Below are positions 52,086 through 60,426 of a stretch of 64,000 bases of DNA, piece after piece. Source of the DNA: an uncultured Methanosarcinales archaeon (lineage in GTDB: Archaea > Nanobdellota > Nanobdellia > Woesearchaeales > ARS49); NCBI GenBank assembly GCA_964637115.1, contig CAZWVL010000006.1, positions 1 through 64,000 on the forward strand, read 5' to 3'. The notes under the pieces were generated by a model, which worked only from the letters and a program-made list of their open reading frames with translations, had not been told where the DNA came from and did not search any database. Position numbers and translations under genes: made by a program. How positions within the stretch are numbered: the stretch's first letter is position 1; each line of letters opens with the position of its first letter.

Positions 52086-52110
52086 CGAGATCCCAGTAAA
52101 TTTCAAAAGG

Positions 52111-53664
52111 TTACCTTGCTTTCTTACCTTTTCCAGAAATCTCGATTACATCCACACTGTAGAAGATTGTGGGGCTATTGTGACTTCCGAAACCAAGATA
52201 CTTTTCATTGCGAAGTTTTAACAAATTATTCAAACCAAGTTCCTTATATTCGGCTTTCCATTCTGTTAATAGTGTATTATCTAGATATGCCTTTATACCA
52301 TTCTTACGTACCTGAATTAGTGATGCGTATCTTTTCCCATTTTCAAGGCGACCTTTTTTAATCGATGGATTATCGCTTCCATCACCTTTTAATACTGTAA
52401 ACCCAAATAAATTGCCGTCGTCCCCGGCAGACATCTGCCAGTGGAAAGGTTTTCCTGAACGTGATAAACACTGAAAAACATCATGACTTCCTTGTTGTCT
52501 CGCAAATGCTAACCTAAAATCGTACTCTTCAGGCGGCTCGTATGGAATTTCTATTCTCGCCAAGCTAGAACCATCAGAAACTAGTTTGCCTTCTTGCAAT
52601 TTCCATTCTCCGCTGATGACGTCCTTTTTAAGATCAATCATCTTCAACAAATCAACCAGATTTCCTTTGGTTGCTGACTGTTTGACTTCCTTCAACAGTT
52701 CATCAATCTTTTCCTTCTGAATTGCATTTGCGTTTGGAAGGGCAGTGTTGCACCATCTAACAACGCCATCTTCGTACAACCCTTTGTCTGCAAGGTTTTT
52801 CTGCTTCTTGGAAATTTCAAAGTATTTCCCTGCAAGAGCAAACTGCATATCGGACGTTTTGGGGCTCATAACTTCCAAGTTGATGAGAGTTTTCAAATCC
52901 TCGTTATTTCCATTGGCCATTGTTTTCTTGGCATCGTCCCATTTGCCGCATCTCAAGCCCCGATATTGAGCCCAAACATTGCTTGCGTTTGCGTCTTTCT
53001 CATCAACTGACAATTTAAGCTCTGCAGTCTTGACCTTTTCAGCGTCTGCACTCAAATCCATGCTTTTTTGCTTCAATTCCTTTGAAAGCTTTGGCAAACC
53101 CTTAATATCAGAGGATAATTTGGAAACAGAAACGAAATCACCAACACGATAAATCCCTTCGGCCAATTCAAACCCTGACTCGGCAACCGCAGCTGCCTGC
53201 TCTTCACTCGTAACAAACCTGCGTGCAACGTTGAACATTTCGTACTTCAGGTTAAGATCTCTAATTTTGTATGACTCCACGATTTTCGTATCAACAATAC
53301 CAAAAGCTTTTGACAAATCAGTAGCCTCGGCAGCAACGCGCGCTGCTTCCTTGAAATAGGAAAAACGAAGTTTTGAGTCATTCTTAGGATCTTGAGCTTT
53401 TTCTATTAACAAATCAGCAAGCTTGACCTTTTCCCCTTTAACATACGCTTCCCTGTAAGACGCGCTGCCTTTAATCTGAGACTCGTTATAACGCTGAGTG
53501 TTCTCATCAGGAACTTCATCCTTTTGTTTTTGCTCCTGTGCAGGTTTTTGATCCTGACCAGGCTTTGGATCCTGGGCTTCAGAACTAAGTGACGGTACAA
53601 CGACGAGGCCTACGAATGCGAGGCCCCTTAATACATCTTCCAAACTTTTAATGAATCCACCCAT
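52111..53664 (-). CDS. Secreted hypothetical protein: helical N-part plus C-terminal beta-sandwich (DUF1080/lectin-like)
   Basis: N-terminal hydrophobic segment, then VDLLKMID...GEW...ARIEIPYEPPEEYDF...LENGKRY. Start set at ATG 53664 from promoter spacing. Confidence 0.6.
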   Translation of the reverse strand: MGGFIKSLEDVLRGLAFVGLVVVPSLSSEAQDPKPGQDQKPAQEQKQKDEVPDENTQRYNESQIKGSASYREAYVKGEKVKLADLLIEKAQDPKNDSKLRFSYFKEAARVAAEATDLSKAFGIVDTKIVESYKIRDLNLKYEMFNVARRFVTSEEQAAAVAESGFELAEGIYRVGDFVSVSKLSSDIKGLPKLSKELKQKSMDLSADAEKVKTAELKLSVDEKDANASNVWAQYRGLRCGKWDDAKKTMANGNNEDLKTLINLEVMSPKTSDMQFALAGKYFEISKKQKNLADKGLYEDGVVRWCNTALPNANAIQKEKIDELLKEVKQSATKGNLVDLLKMIDLKKDVISGEWKLQEGKLVSDGSSLARIEIPYEPPEEYDFRLAFARQQGSHDVFQCLSRSGKPFHWQMSAGDDGNLFGFTVLKGDGSDNPSIKKGRLENGKRYASLIQVRKNGIKAYLDNTLLTEWKAEYKELGLNNLLKLRNEKYLGFGSHNSPTIFYSVDVIEISGKGKKAR

Positions 53665-53696
53665 TCTCGTCACTGGATAGTGTATATGCACTCACG

Positions 53697-53710
53697 TATA
53701 TAAACCTTTC
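53697..53710 (-). promoter_or_regulatory. Archaeal BRE-TATA promoter GAAAGGTTTATATA
   Basis: Purine-rich BRE followed by TTTATATA, 33 nt upstream of ATG 53664. Confidence 0.7.
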
Positions 53711-53757
53711 TATTGAGAAGTGTATAAGTTCGGGCTAAACGAAAGGAAGCACAAAAC

Positions 53758-53802
53758 GTAACATTTATATAACAGTTGTTATTATTTAATTACAAATGTT
53801 AC
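53758..53802. promoter_or_regulatory. TATA box of the MNT gene within nested inverted repeats (candidate operator)
   Basis: GTAACATTT (53758-66) / AAATGTTAC (53794-802); inner ATAAC-agtt-GTTAT (53769-82); TTTATATA at 53764-71. Confidence 0.55.
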
Positions 53803-54320
53803 AAAATAATAACAAATATAGGGTGCTGAAGCTCTTTTTCGAGCAGCCGACAACAGACTTCCAATTGCGGCAAATCAGCAGGCTTGTGAAGATTGCCCCG
53901 CCTTCAACAAAGAAGTATCTTCAGGAATTGGAGGCAGAAGGACTTGTCGCGAAATCAAAGAAGGGAATCTACCCAAGTTATCGCGCAATACGCGATGCTA
54001 ACTTGTTTAAAGGCCTGAAAAAATGGTCGCTGGCAATCGAGTTTACTAAAAGCGGATTACTAGACCATATTGCGGACAAATGCGGCCCTGATGCCATCAT
54101 CCTATTTGGAAGCGCAAGCCGCGGCGAAGACATCGAGAGCAGCGACATCGACCTTGCCATCCTTGCTGAAGAAACCGAGCTTGATCTTAAAAAATATGAA
54201 AAGCTCATCAGCCGCAAGATTTCCCCGCTGTTTGTCAAAAAATTCAGCGAACTCAGCAACGAACTCAAAAATAATATTTTAAACGGCATCATCCTTTACG
54301 GCTATCTGAAGGTGTTTTAA
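53796..54320 (+). CDS. wHTH-minimal nucleotidyltransferase (MNT) antitoxin-like protein
   Basis: N-terminal ArsR-like HTH; FGSASRGEDIESSDIDL (GS..DxD). Confidence 0.88.
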   Translation: MLQNNNKYRVLKLFFEQPTTDFQLRQISRLVKIAPPSTKKYLQELEAEGLVAKSKKGIYPSYRAIRDANLFKGLKKWSLAIEFTKSGLLDHIADKCGPDAIILFGSASRGEDIESSDIDLAILAEETELDLKKYEKLISRKISPLFVKKFSELSNELKNNILNGIILYGYLKVF

Positions 54321-54730
54321 TGGAAGACCTCATCAAAATGACCCCAAACCCTGAACGAGCAAAGAACCTGCTCGCACAGACTGAAATCAGACTAAAAGAT
54401 GCGAAAAACAAAGATCCTGCAGAGTACGCCACACTCATTATTGAAGCATACTATGAAGTCATCAAGGAACTTCTGACTGCGCTTCTTGCAGCAGATGGCT
54501 ACAAGACGCTAAGCCATACCACGCTCATCGATTATCTCCGCGCGACATACAACAAGCAAATTACTGAACACGAAACCCAAAGTATTGATGAACTCAGGAA
54601 AACCAGAAACCGTATCGCCTACGAAGGATTTGTCATCAAGAAAGATTATCATGACCGCAAGGCACCGATTGCGCTTGAAATCATAACAAAATTGAAAACA
54701 CTAGTAACAAGTAAAATCAAAGAAAAATAA
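54320..54730 (+). CDS. HEPN-domain protein (toxin partner of MNT)
   Basis: AYYE...ELL.A, GYK..SH, LRK.RNRIAYEG (R-x4-Y); its start overlaps the MNT stop. Confidence 0.8.
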   Translation: MEDLIKMTPNPERAKNLLAQTEIRLKDAKNKDPAEYATLIIEAYYEVIKELLTALLAADGYKTLSHTTLIDYLRATYNKQITEHETQSIDELRKTRNRIAYEGFVIKKDYHDRKAPIALEIITKLKTLVTSKIKEK

Positions 54731-54735
54731 AAACT

Positions 54736-55080
54736 CTACCCCAGCCCAATAAACGAAACCCCTGCTATAATGCACACTATGCCGGCCCATTTCAGCCGGT
54801 TCATGCGCTCCTTGAGCATTATGATTGACAAGATGCACACAACTGGGTAAGTAATGGAAACAAGCGGGTAAAGCAGGGAAAGCTCGCCACCGCGCAATGC
54901 AAGAAGATAAATGATTGTTGCAACACCATACAGGAAGATGCCTGCAATCAGGTGCTTGTTCCTCAAAATATGTTTAGGATGAAGCGAGCCATCAGTGCCT
55001 TTCTTCAGCAAGATGGGCCCAAAAGCTCCAACAGCTACAGAAAGCAACGTCAAACCAACAGCCCACCATTCAGTTGCCAT
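54736..55080 (-). CDS. Small 4-TM EamA/SMR (ArnE/ArnF-like) protein
   Basis: About 114 aa, GELSLLYPL.S.TY, E; start set at ATG 55080. Confidence 0.82.
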   Translation of the reverse strand: MATEWWAVGLTLLSVAVGAFGPILLKKGTDGSLHPKHILRNKHLIAGIFLYGVATIIYLLALRGGELSLLYPLVSITYPVVCILSIIMLKERMNRLKWAGIVCIIAGVSFIGLG

Positions 55081-55423
55081 TTTTCCTGCTCCCGAAACCA
55101 ATCAAAGAGATTCCGACAATAATTGCAGCACTGCCAACCCAGCGCATTGGAGATACTTGTTCATTCAGATAAATAATCGCAAGAATGTTCGTCCAAATGT
55201 ACGAAGTGGCAATAATTGGGTACAAAACACTCACTTCGCCATTGCGCATTGCAAGCAAGAACAACATCAAACCAAAACCATAACTTGCAAAACCAACAAA
55301 CAACTGCCAGTTTGTAAAGATTGCCGGCAGAAGGTTTGCGCCAAGCTTGTAGAACAATTGGCCAATTGCAGTAAATACGGTGCAAAAAATCATAATAACA
55401 ATTGCACGCCCTTTTGTCGCCAT
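55070..55423 (-). CDS. Small 4-TM EamA/SMR (ArnE/ArnF-like) protein
   Basis: 117 aa, GEVSVLYPI.A.SYIW, E; overlaps its paralogue. Confidence 0.82.
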   Translation of the reverse strand: MATKGRAIVIMIFCTVFTAIGQLFYKLGANLLPAIFTNWQLFVGFASYGFGLMLFLLAMRNGEVSVLYPIIATSYIWTNILAIIYLNEQVSPMRWVGSAAIIVGISLIGFGSRKNGN

Positions 55424-55543
55424 GCACAGAAGGCGAGATATAAGCTATTTAAAGATAACGATTGTGCGCAAGAAACTATTAGAAACAAACGACTTAACGA
55501 AACACAAAATTTATATATTAGATGTTATATATACTTATATAAT

Positions 55544-55810
55544 ATGGAACAAACAACCATTTTACACAGCCCAACATTAGAATCCGTGATTATGGTAGAA
55601 AAGACAATACAAAAGTACAGCCAAGAATGTGGAAAATATCAATTATGGAAAAAGCTGCCCAAAAAAATGATGTATCAGACTTTCCAAACAATCCTTGCAT
55701 ATTTAGAAGAGTCCGGAAAGATTATGATAGATAAAGATGGTTGCATCATTTGGACCTACAATCCTGAAAGAATCAAAAAGCTGATTTCTAGTGGAGTTAA
55801 AATACGGTGA
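55544..55810 (+). CDS. Small winged-helix protein, probable antitoxin (88 aa)
   Basis: Real start MEQTTILHSPTL at 55544 after a TATA box (the tracked 271-aa ORF is over-extended); GTGA overlap with the next gene. Confidence 0.72.
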   Translation: MEQTTILHSPTLESVIMVEKTIQKYSQECGKYQLWKKLPKKMMYQTFQTILAYLEESGKIMIDKDGCIIWTYNPERIKKLISSGVKIR

Positions 55811-56145
55811 ACAATAAGCCAGTACACGTCACTTTTGGCGAAAAGAAAATTGAGAAAGAATTTGAAGAGTTGAAAGAAGGCAAATTTGAGGACAAGCAAT
55901 TATACAATTTTATTGACAGGGCGATTAAAGATTTGAAATCCAACCCGATGTGTGGAACAAAAATTCCAAAAAATTTGTGGCCACAAGAATATATACAAGA
56001 ATACGAAATTACTAATTTGTGGAAATATGATTTACCCAATGGCTGGAGGTTGATTTATACAATTCAGACAAATGAAGTAATGATTTTGAATGTAATTCTT
56101 GAGTGGTTTAATCATAAGGATTACGAGCGCAAGTTTAAATACTAA
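55807..56145 (+). CDS. RelE/ParE-superfamily toxin-like protein
   Basis: 112 aa; L..NP..G..I, LWKYDLP.GWRLIYTI, H..YE. Confidence 0.75.
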   Translation: MNNKPVHVTFGEKKIEKEFEELKEGKFEDKQLYNFIDRAIKDLKSNPMCGTKIPKNLWPQEYIQEYEITNLWKYDLPNGWRLIYTIQTNEVMILNVILEWFNHKDYERKFKY

Positions 56146-56186
56146 CATAAGAAACCATTAAAAGTAGCTGATTTCTTGCGGCATAT

Positions 56187-57623
56187 ATGAAAGTCATTCT
56201 TGCACTCATCGTCTGCTTATTTGCAGCCATAGCATACGCACACGAAGCAGACAACATAATTCACATCACTGACGTAGGGTTTGTACCGTCAAAACTGGAA
56301 ATAGAACAAGAAATGACGGTAGAGTTTGAAAACATTGGCAAGAATCCGCACTGGCCGGCATCAAACATACACCCAACACACGAGATTTATTCAGAATTTG
56401 ACCCGAAAGACGTCATACAGCCAGGAGAAAGCTGGAGTTTTACTTTTGACAAGGCAGGCGAATGGAGATTCCACGACCACGCTTATCCGGAATTCATAGG
56501 AACAATAATCGTAATTGAGAAGGACAGTTTCCTGAATTCTGTCAAAGGCTTCTTTACAGACATCTTCAAATCGCCGCTAATAACCGCTTTGATTTTCTGG
56601 GACGGTGAAGAAATCAGCCCATACAACGAATCAATTGAAATAACTTCTGAAGACATCTTCCGCAATGACAGCCAGCTTTACTCTTATATCAAAAAGTTCG
56701 GAGTGAAGCAAACAACAGCGTTCCTGCACCAGCTTGAAGGAAAACATGGTGATTGCCATCAGACCGCACACCGGCTGGGCAGATTTGCGTACCAGTTATA
56801 CGCCAATGATGTATTCCAGCAATGCTCGATTGAATGCCACTCAGGATGCTACCATGGCGCCATAGAGTATTATTTCAAAGAATACGGCACAACAGACATA
56901 CCAACAGCCCTGAACACGATATGCGGAAACCAAGAAAACGGGTTTTTCGCACACCAATGCTTCCACGGAATAGGCCACGGGCTAATGGCGTGGACAGACT
57001 ATGAACTGCTAGAAGCATTACAAAAATGCGACTTATTGCAAGATGGCAAAAATTCCTGTTACACAGGAGCCTTCATGGAAAACGTTGTTGCATCACTCGC
57101 AGAAAATAAAAGCACGCACGTAAGCAAATACGTAAATGACGATCCTCAATATCCGTGTTCAATAGTGGAAGACAAGTACAAATGGGACTGCTACTTCTTC
57201 CAAACAGCAAGAATGAAAGAAATATTCAACAATGACTTCAGGAAAGTGGCAGAAGCGTGCGCTGACGCGCCGGAAGCATATCAACGAAACTGTTTTGAAA
57301 GCATGGGAAGAGACATCAGCGGAAATACCATAATGAATGTTGACAAGTCAATAGAACTCTGCCAGTCAGCTCCGCCAAAAGGACCGAGAATCGCCTGCCT
57401 AAAAGGAGCAGTGCAAGACATGTTCTGGGATTCATCAGGACAAGACAAATCACTCAGTTTCTGCAAAAAACTCACAGATTTAAACGAGAAATCCGAATGT
57501 TATAATACAATATTTGAACGAGCGCCGCTTGTAATAAGTTCACAAGAAGAATTGAAAATGTTCTGTGAAAAGGCAGAAGAAAGATATCAAAACTCTTGCT
57601 TAACACAGACACACCTAGAATGA
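56187..57623 (+). CDS. Secreted cupredoxin-like plus Cys/His-rich protein (paralogue 2)
   Basis: Signal AYA-H19; WPASNIHPTH, FHDH; CHQTAHRLG, CYHGAIE, CFHGIGHG, CYTGAFMEN. Confidence 0.8.
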   Translation: MKVILALIVCLFAAIAYAHEADNIIHITDVGFVPSKLEIEQEMTVEFENIGKNPHWPASNIHPTHEIYSEFDPKDVIQPGESWSFTFDKAGEWRFHDHAYPEFIGTIIVIEKDSFLNSVKGFFTDIFKSPLITALIFWDGEEISPYNESIEITSEDIFRNDSQLYSYIKKFGVKQTTAFLHQLEGKHGDCHQTAHRLGRFAYQLYANDVFQQCSIECHSGCYHGAIEYYFKEYGTTDIPTALNTICGNQENGFFAHQCFHGIGHGLMAWTDYELLEALQKCDLLQDGKNSCYTGAFMENVVASLAENKSTHVSKYVNDDPQYPCSIVEDKYKWDCYFFQTARMKEIFNNDFRKVAEACADAPEAYQRNCFESMGRDISGNTIMNVDKSIELCQSAPPKGPRIACLKGAVQDMFWDSSGQDKSLSFCKKLTDLNEKSECYNTIFERAPLVISSQEELKMFCEKAEERYQNSCLTQTHLE

Positions 57624-59347
57624 GAATATCACTTGCATTGCTCATTGGAGGCATACTCTCAGGGATTGTTTCTTCAACACTTTATTATTTGCGTGGTTAT
57701 CATCATGGAATACTGGGCCTTTTTTTAGCCTCACTTTTTCTAACAGGAGCTTACTTTTTCCTGAAAAGAACAAGAAAAAAATCACGATTCAATAAATACG
57801 ATACTGCAGCAGTCGCAATTTTGCTGCTGATATTTGCGCCACTTTATCTTGCGTTTATTTACACCATTCCATGGCAAGTTGGTTCGGATGAAGTAACGAT
57901 TATGATAACAGAAAGGAATACGATCTATAGAGATAATTTCGATCCTTTTGGAATCAGCTCCTACTTCGGGTTTCCCAGTCTAGTATTTCTAACATTTGGG
58001 TGGCTAGGGAAGATCACTGGGGGAATTGACTTGTTGCACATGCGAACAATTCACGCTGTCAGTGGACTGGCAGTCATCCTATTGGGTTATTTCCTGTTCC
58101 GAACAGGCCTGTCAAGACCGCTTTCATTTGTTGGAGCAGTAATCCTAGGCTCAAACCACTCACTCCTTGCAATAAGCAGAATGGCAATGAGAGACAATAC
58201 CGGACTTCTCATCGAAGTTGCTGCCTTAACAGTCTTGTTAATTGGACTTCAACGAAAATGCCAATTTTATACTTTTCTAGGAGGACTCATCGCCGGACTC
58301 TCATTCTACGTCTATTATCCAGGCAGGATAACCATAATCGCGTGGTTTGCGTTCTTGGCAATGACTGCGTTATTTATCCGCAAGACCTCATTTAGAGAAT
58401 TAACCAAACTAGGCATAATAGCGCTTCTTGGATTTGCCATGGTTGCAAACCCAATCATGCTAGCTACAGTGAAGGCGCAAGATTTAGCACTTAAGTTTCA
58501 AAGAGAACAGCTGCTGATTTTTCCTGAAGGCAGAGAATTACTGAAACCGTGGTATGCAACAAATACAACCTATGAAGGGGTCAAAACTAACATGATTTAT
58601 GGACTCACCGCATTTAACAATGAAGTAGACGACCACGGCTGGATTTACTCAAACTACAAGCACGGCTTTGTTGACCCATTAACCGGAATTCTTATCTGGA
58701 TCGGACTGGCAACAATCTTGTTCGAGTTATTCTCTAAGAGAGAATTGCAAAATATTGAACTGTTGTCAGTGGCAGGATTTCTTATTTTATGGTTACTACT
58801 AAGCTTTGTCGTGGGCAAAAGCCCCAATTATACACGCCTTCTCGTGATATTACCTTTTGTTGCAGTACTTGTTACCAAAGCCATAGGCACGATATCAAAT
58901 TTCACCAACGCCAAAATAGGAAAATTGCGCGCGAGCAACGTTTTATTCGCATTATTTGTCATAATCATCTTTTTCTGGAATCTGGGAATATTATCTGATT
59001 ATGTCAAACGCGTATTTTCTGAAGGCAATGACATAGGCGGAACAGCCAGATACATAGAAGAACGAAAAGGCATTGCGAACTATACTTTTTATTTCGCGGA
59101 GAGCGGTCAATACACATACTATGTCTGGGGTATGAAATGGCACGAGTTTTTTGTTGATCCGACACAACAATCAATAATAATTTCACCAGAATCTGCAATT
59201 GAGTCGATAAGACAACTGCCTTTCACTATTTTCACATCTGAAAGCGGCTGGAAATTGTTTGAAAACCAGACGAGAAACCTTTATCCAAATTTAAACATTC
59301 AAAACATTAAAGCGGATGGAAGTTTGCTTGCAATAGAAGTACAGTAG
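57620..59347 (+). CDS. GT-C fold glycosyltransferase (ArnT-like)
   Basis: VGSDE, FGFPSL, SR..MRD, Y.YYPGR; ATG 57620 overlaps the upstream TGA. Confidence 0.8.
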   Translation: MRISLALLIGGILSGIVSSTLYYLRGYHHGILGLFLASLFLTGAYFFLKRTRKKSRFNKYDTAAVAILLLIFAPLYLAFIYTIPWQVGSDEVTIMITERNTIYRDNFDPFGISSYFGFPSLVFLTFGWLGKITGGIDLLHMRTIHAVSGLAVILLGYFLFRTGLSRPLSFVGAVILGSNHSLLAISRMAMRDNTGLLIEVAALTVLLIGLQRKCQFYTFLGGLIAGLSFYVYYPGRITIIAWFAFLAMTALFIRKTSFRELTKLGIIALLGFAMVANPIMLATVKAQDLALKFQREQLLIFPEGRELLKPWYATNTTYEGVKTNMIYGLTAFNNEVDDHGWIYSNYKHGFVDPLTGILIWIGLATILFELFSKRELQNIELLSVAGFLILWLLLSFVVGKSPNYTRLLVILPFVAVLVTKAIGTISNFTNAKIGKLRASNVLFALFVIIIFFWNLGILSDYVKRVFSEGNDIGGTARYIEERKGIANYTFYFAESGQYTYYVWGMKWHEFFVDPTQQSIIISPESAIESIRQLPFTIFTSESGWKLFENQTRNLYPNLNIQNIKADGSLLAIEVQ

Positions 59348-59351
59348 GCGG

Positions 59352-60383
59352 TTACTTGCCGTCAAACTGATATTTCTTGACGAGCTCGGGATCGTAAGCA
59401 ACGATTGCTCCTTCCCATGGCAGGTATTTGAAGCACCAGATTCTTGCCATCGAATCTGAGTTTATTTCCCTGTGTGCTATGCTTCTAAGCTGCGGAGCCT
59501 CTGCCAGATTCTTTTTATGGGAAGCAACTATGTGTTTGAATTCAGAAGAATTCTGCCAGTCACTTGACATTGCCTTTTGATATGCTTCACTTGCCATTCT
59601 TTTCTTTGCAACAATATTTTCTGCTTGTGCGCCAAACCACCTATTTTTCAACACAGCAGTCCAATCATCTTTCATACCAGGGATAACGCCAGTATAGAAA
59701 GCACTTATTTTCGTTTCAAACCTAATACTTGTCCAGACTTCCTTTGCTTTCGTATTGCTAAATTGATCGGATGCTTTCAGCCCAACATTATCAATCAAAT
59801 AACTTTTCCTGTCTTCTGCGGTTTTGTAATTTTCATCTTCAAAGAATTGTTTTGTCGCGATGCCAATGGCTTTAAATCCAGAACCCCACAAGCTGAACTC
59901 AAGATAAGCATCTGCCCCGCTGTGCTGCATGATGTTAACTTTATCAGTTTTCTTGTTTTCTGCGCGGTCAATCAGCTCAGCGACGATGATTCCAAATGCC
60001 CTAACGGTCTCTTCTTTCAGCGTGTTCGGGTTAGAATTATGCGCTTTTGCATAAGCCTCTACGTGCTTTTGGACTTCATCACACAACTCTTTCTCCAATC
60101 GTGAATCGTGGCATCTAAGCTGCTTGTTACCCCAAATCAACGCACCTTTTTGCCTGGTTGACTTAACATCAGCCACATAAACAGCATAAAAACGGGAAAC
60201 AGATTTTTGAACTTCCGGAGATGATTTCAAAGTCTCATCAAGCGCTTTTTGATACGAGGATGGCTTCTTACGTGCCTCTTCCCATAGTTCGTCTTCCTTG
60301 CTCTGCGCATAGGCCAGCTCTTCAAGAACTAACGGAATGGCTGCTGAATACCCCAAGAATGCTCTTCGCGAAACACCCACCAT
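59352..60383 (-). CDS. Hypothetical exported protein with a twin-arginine-like signal
   Basis: MVGVSRRAFLGYSAAIPLVLEELAYA-Q; start ATG 60383 is 25 nt from the TATA box. Confidence 0.65.
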   Translation of the reverse strand: MVGVSRRAFLGYSAAIPLVLEELAYAQSKEDELWEEARKKPSSYQKALDETLKSSPEVQKSVSRFYAVYVADVKSTRQKGALIWGNKQLRCHDSRLEKELCDEVQKHVEAYAKAHNSNPNTLKEETVRAFGIIVAELIDRAENKKTDKVNIMQHSGADAYLEFSLWGSGFKAIGIATKQFFEDENYKTAEDRKSYLIDNVGLKASDQFSNTKAKEVWTSIRFETKISAFYTGVIPGMKDDWTAVLKNRWFGAQAENIVAKKRMASEAYQKAMSSDWQNSSEFKHIVASHKKNLAEAPQLRSIAHREINSDSMARIWCFKYLPWEGAIVAYDPELVKKYQFDGK

Positions 60384-60407
60384 GAAAGGCAATATATATA
60401 CTGGAGA

Positions 60408-60420
60408 ATATAAATCTTTT
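60408..60420 (-). promoter_or_regulatory. BRE-TATA AAAAGATTTATAT
   Basis: 25 nt upstream of ATG 60383. Confidence 0.6.
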
Positions 60421-60426
60421 GCTGCC

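Noticed and set aside
54995-55543. N-terminal extension of the 271-aa tracked ORF
   Set aside because: It overlaps two real EamA genes on the opposite strand; a TATA box and ATG at 55544 mark the real start.
56820-56840. CSIECH as a CX3CH heme-attachment motif
   Set aside because: Not conserved in paralogue 1, and neither protein has a CxxCH.
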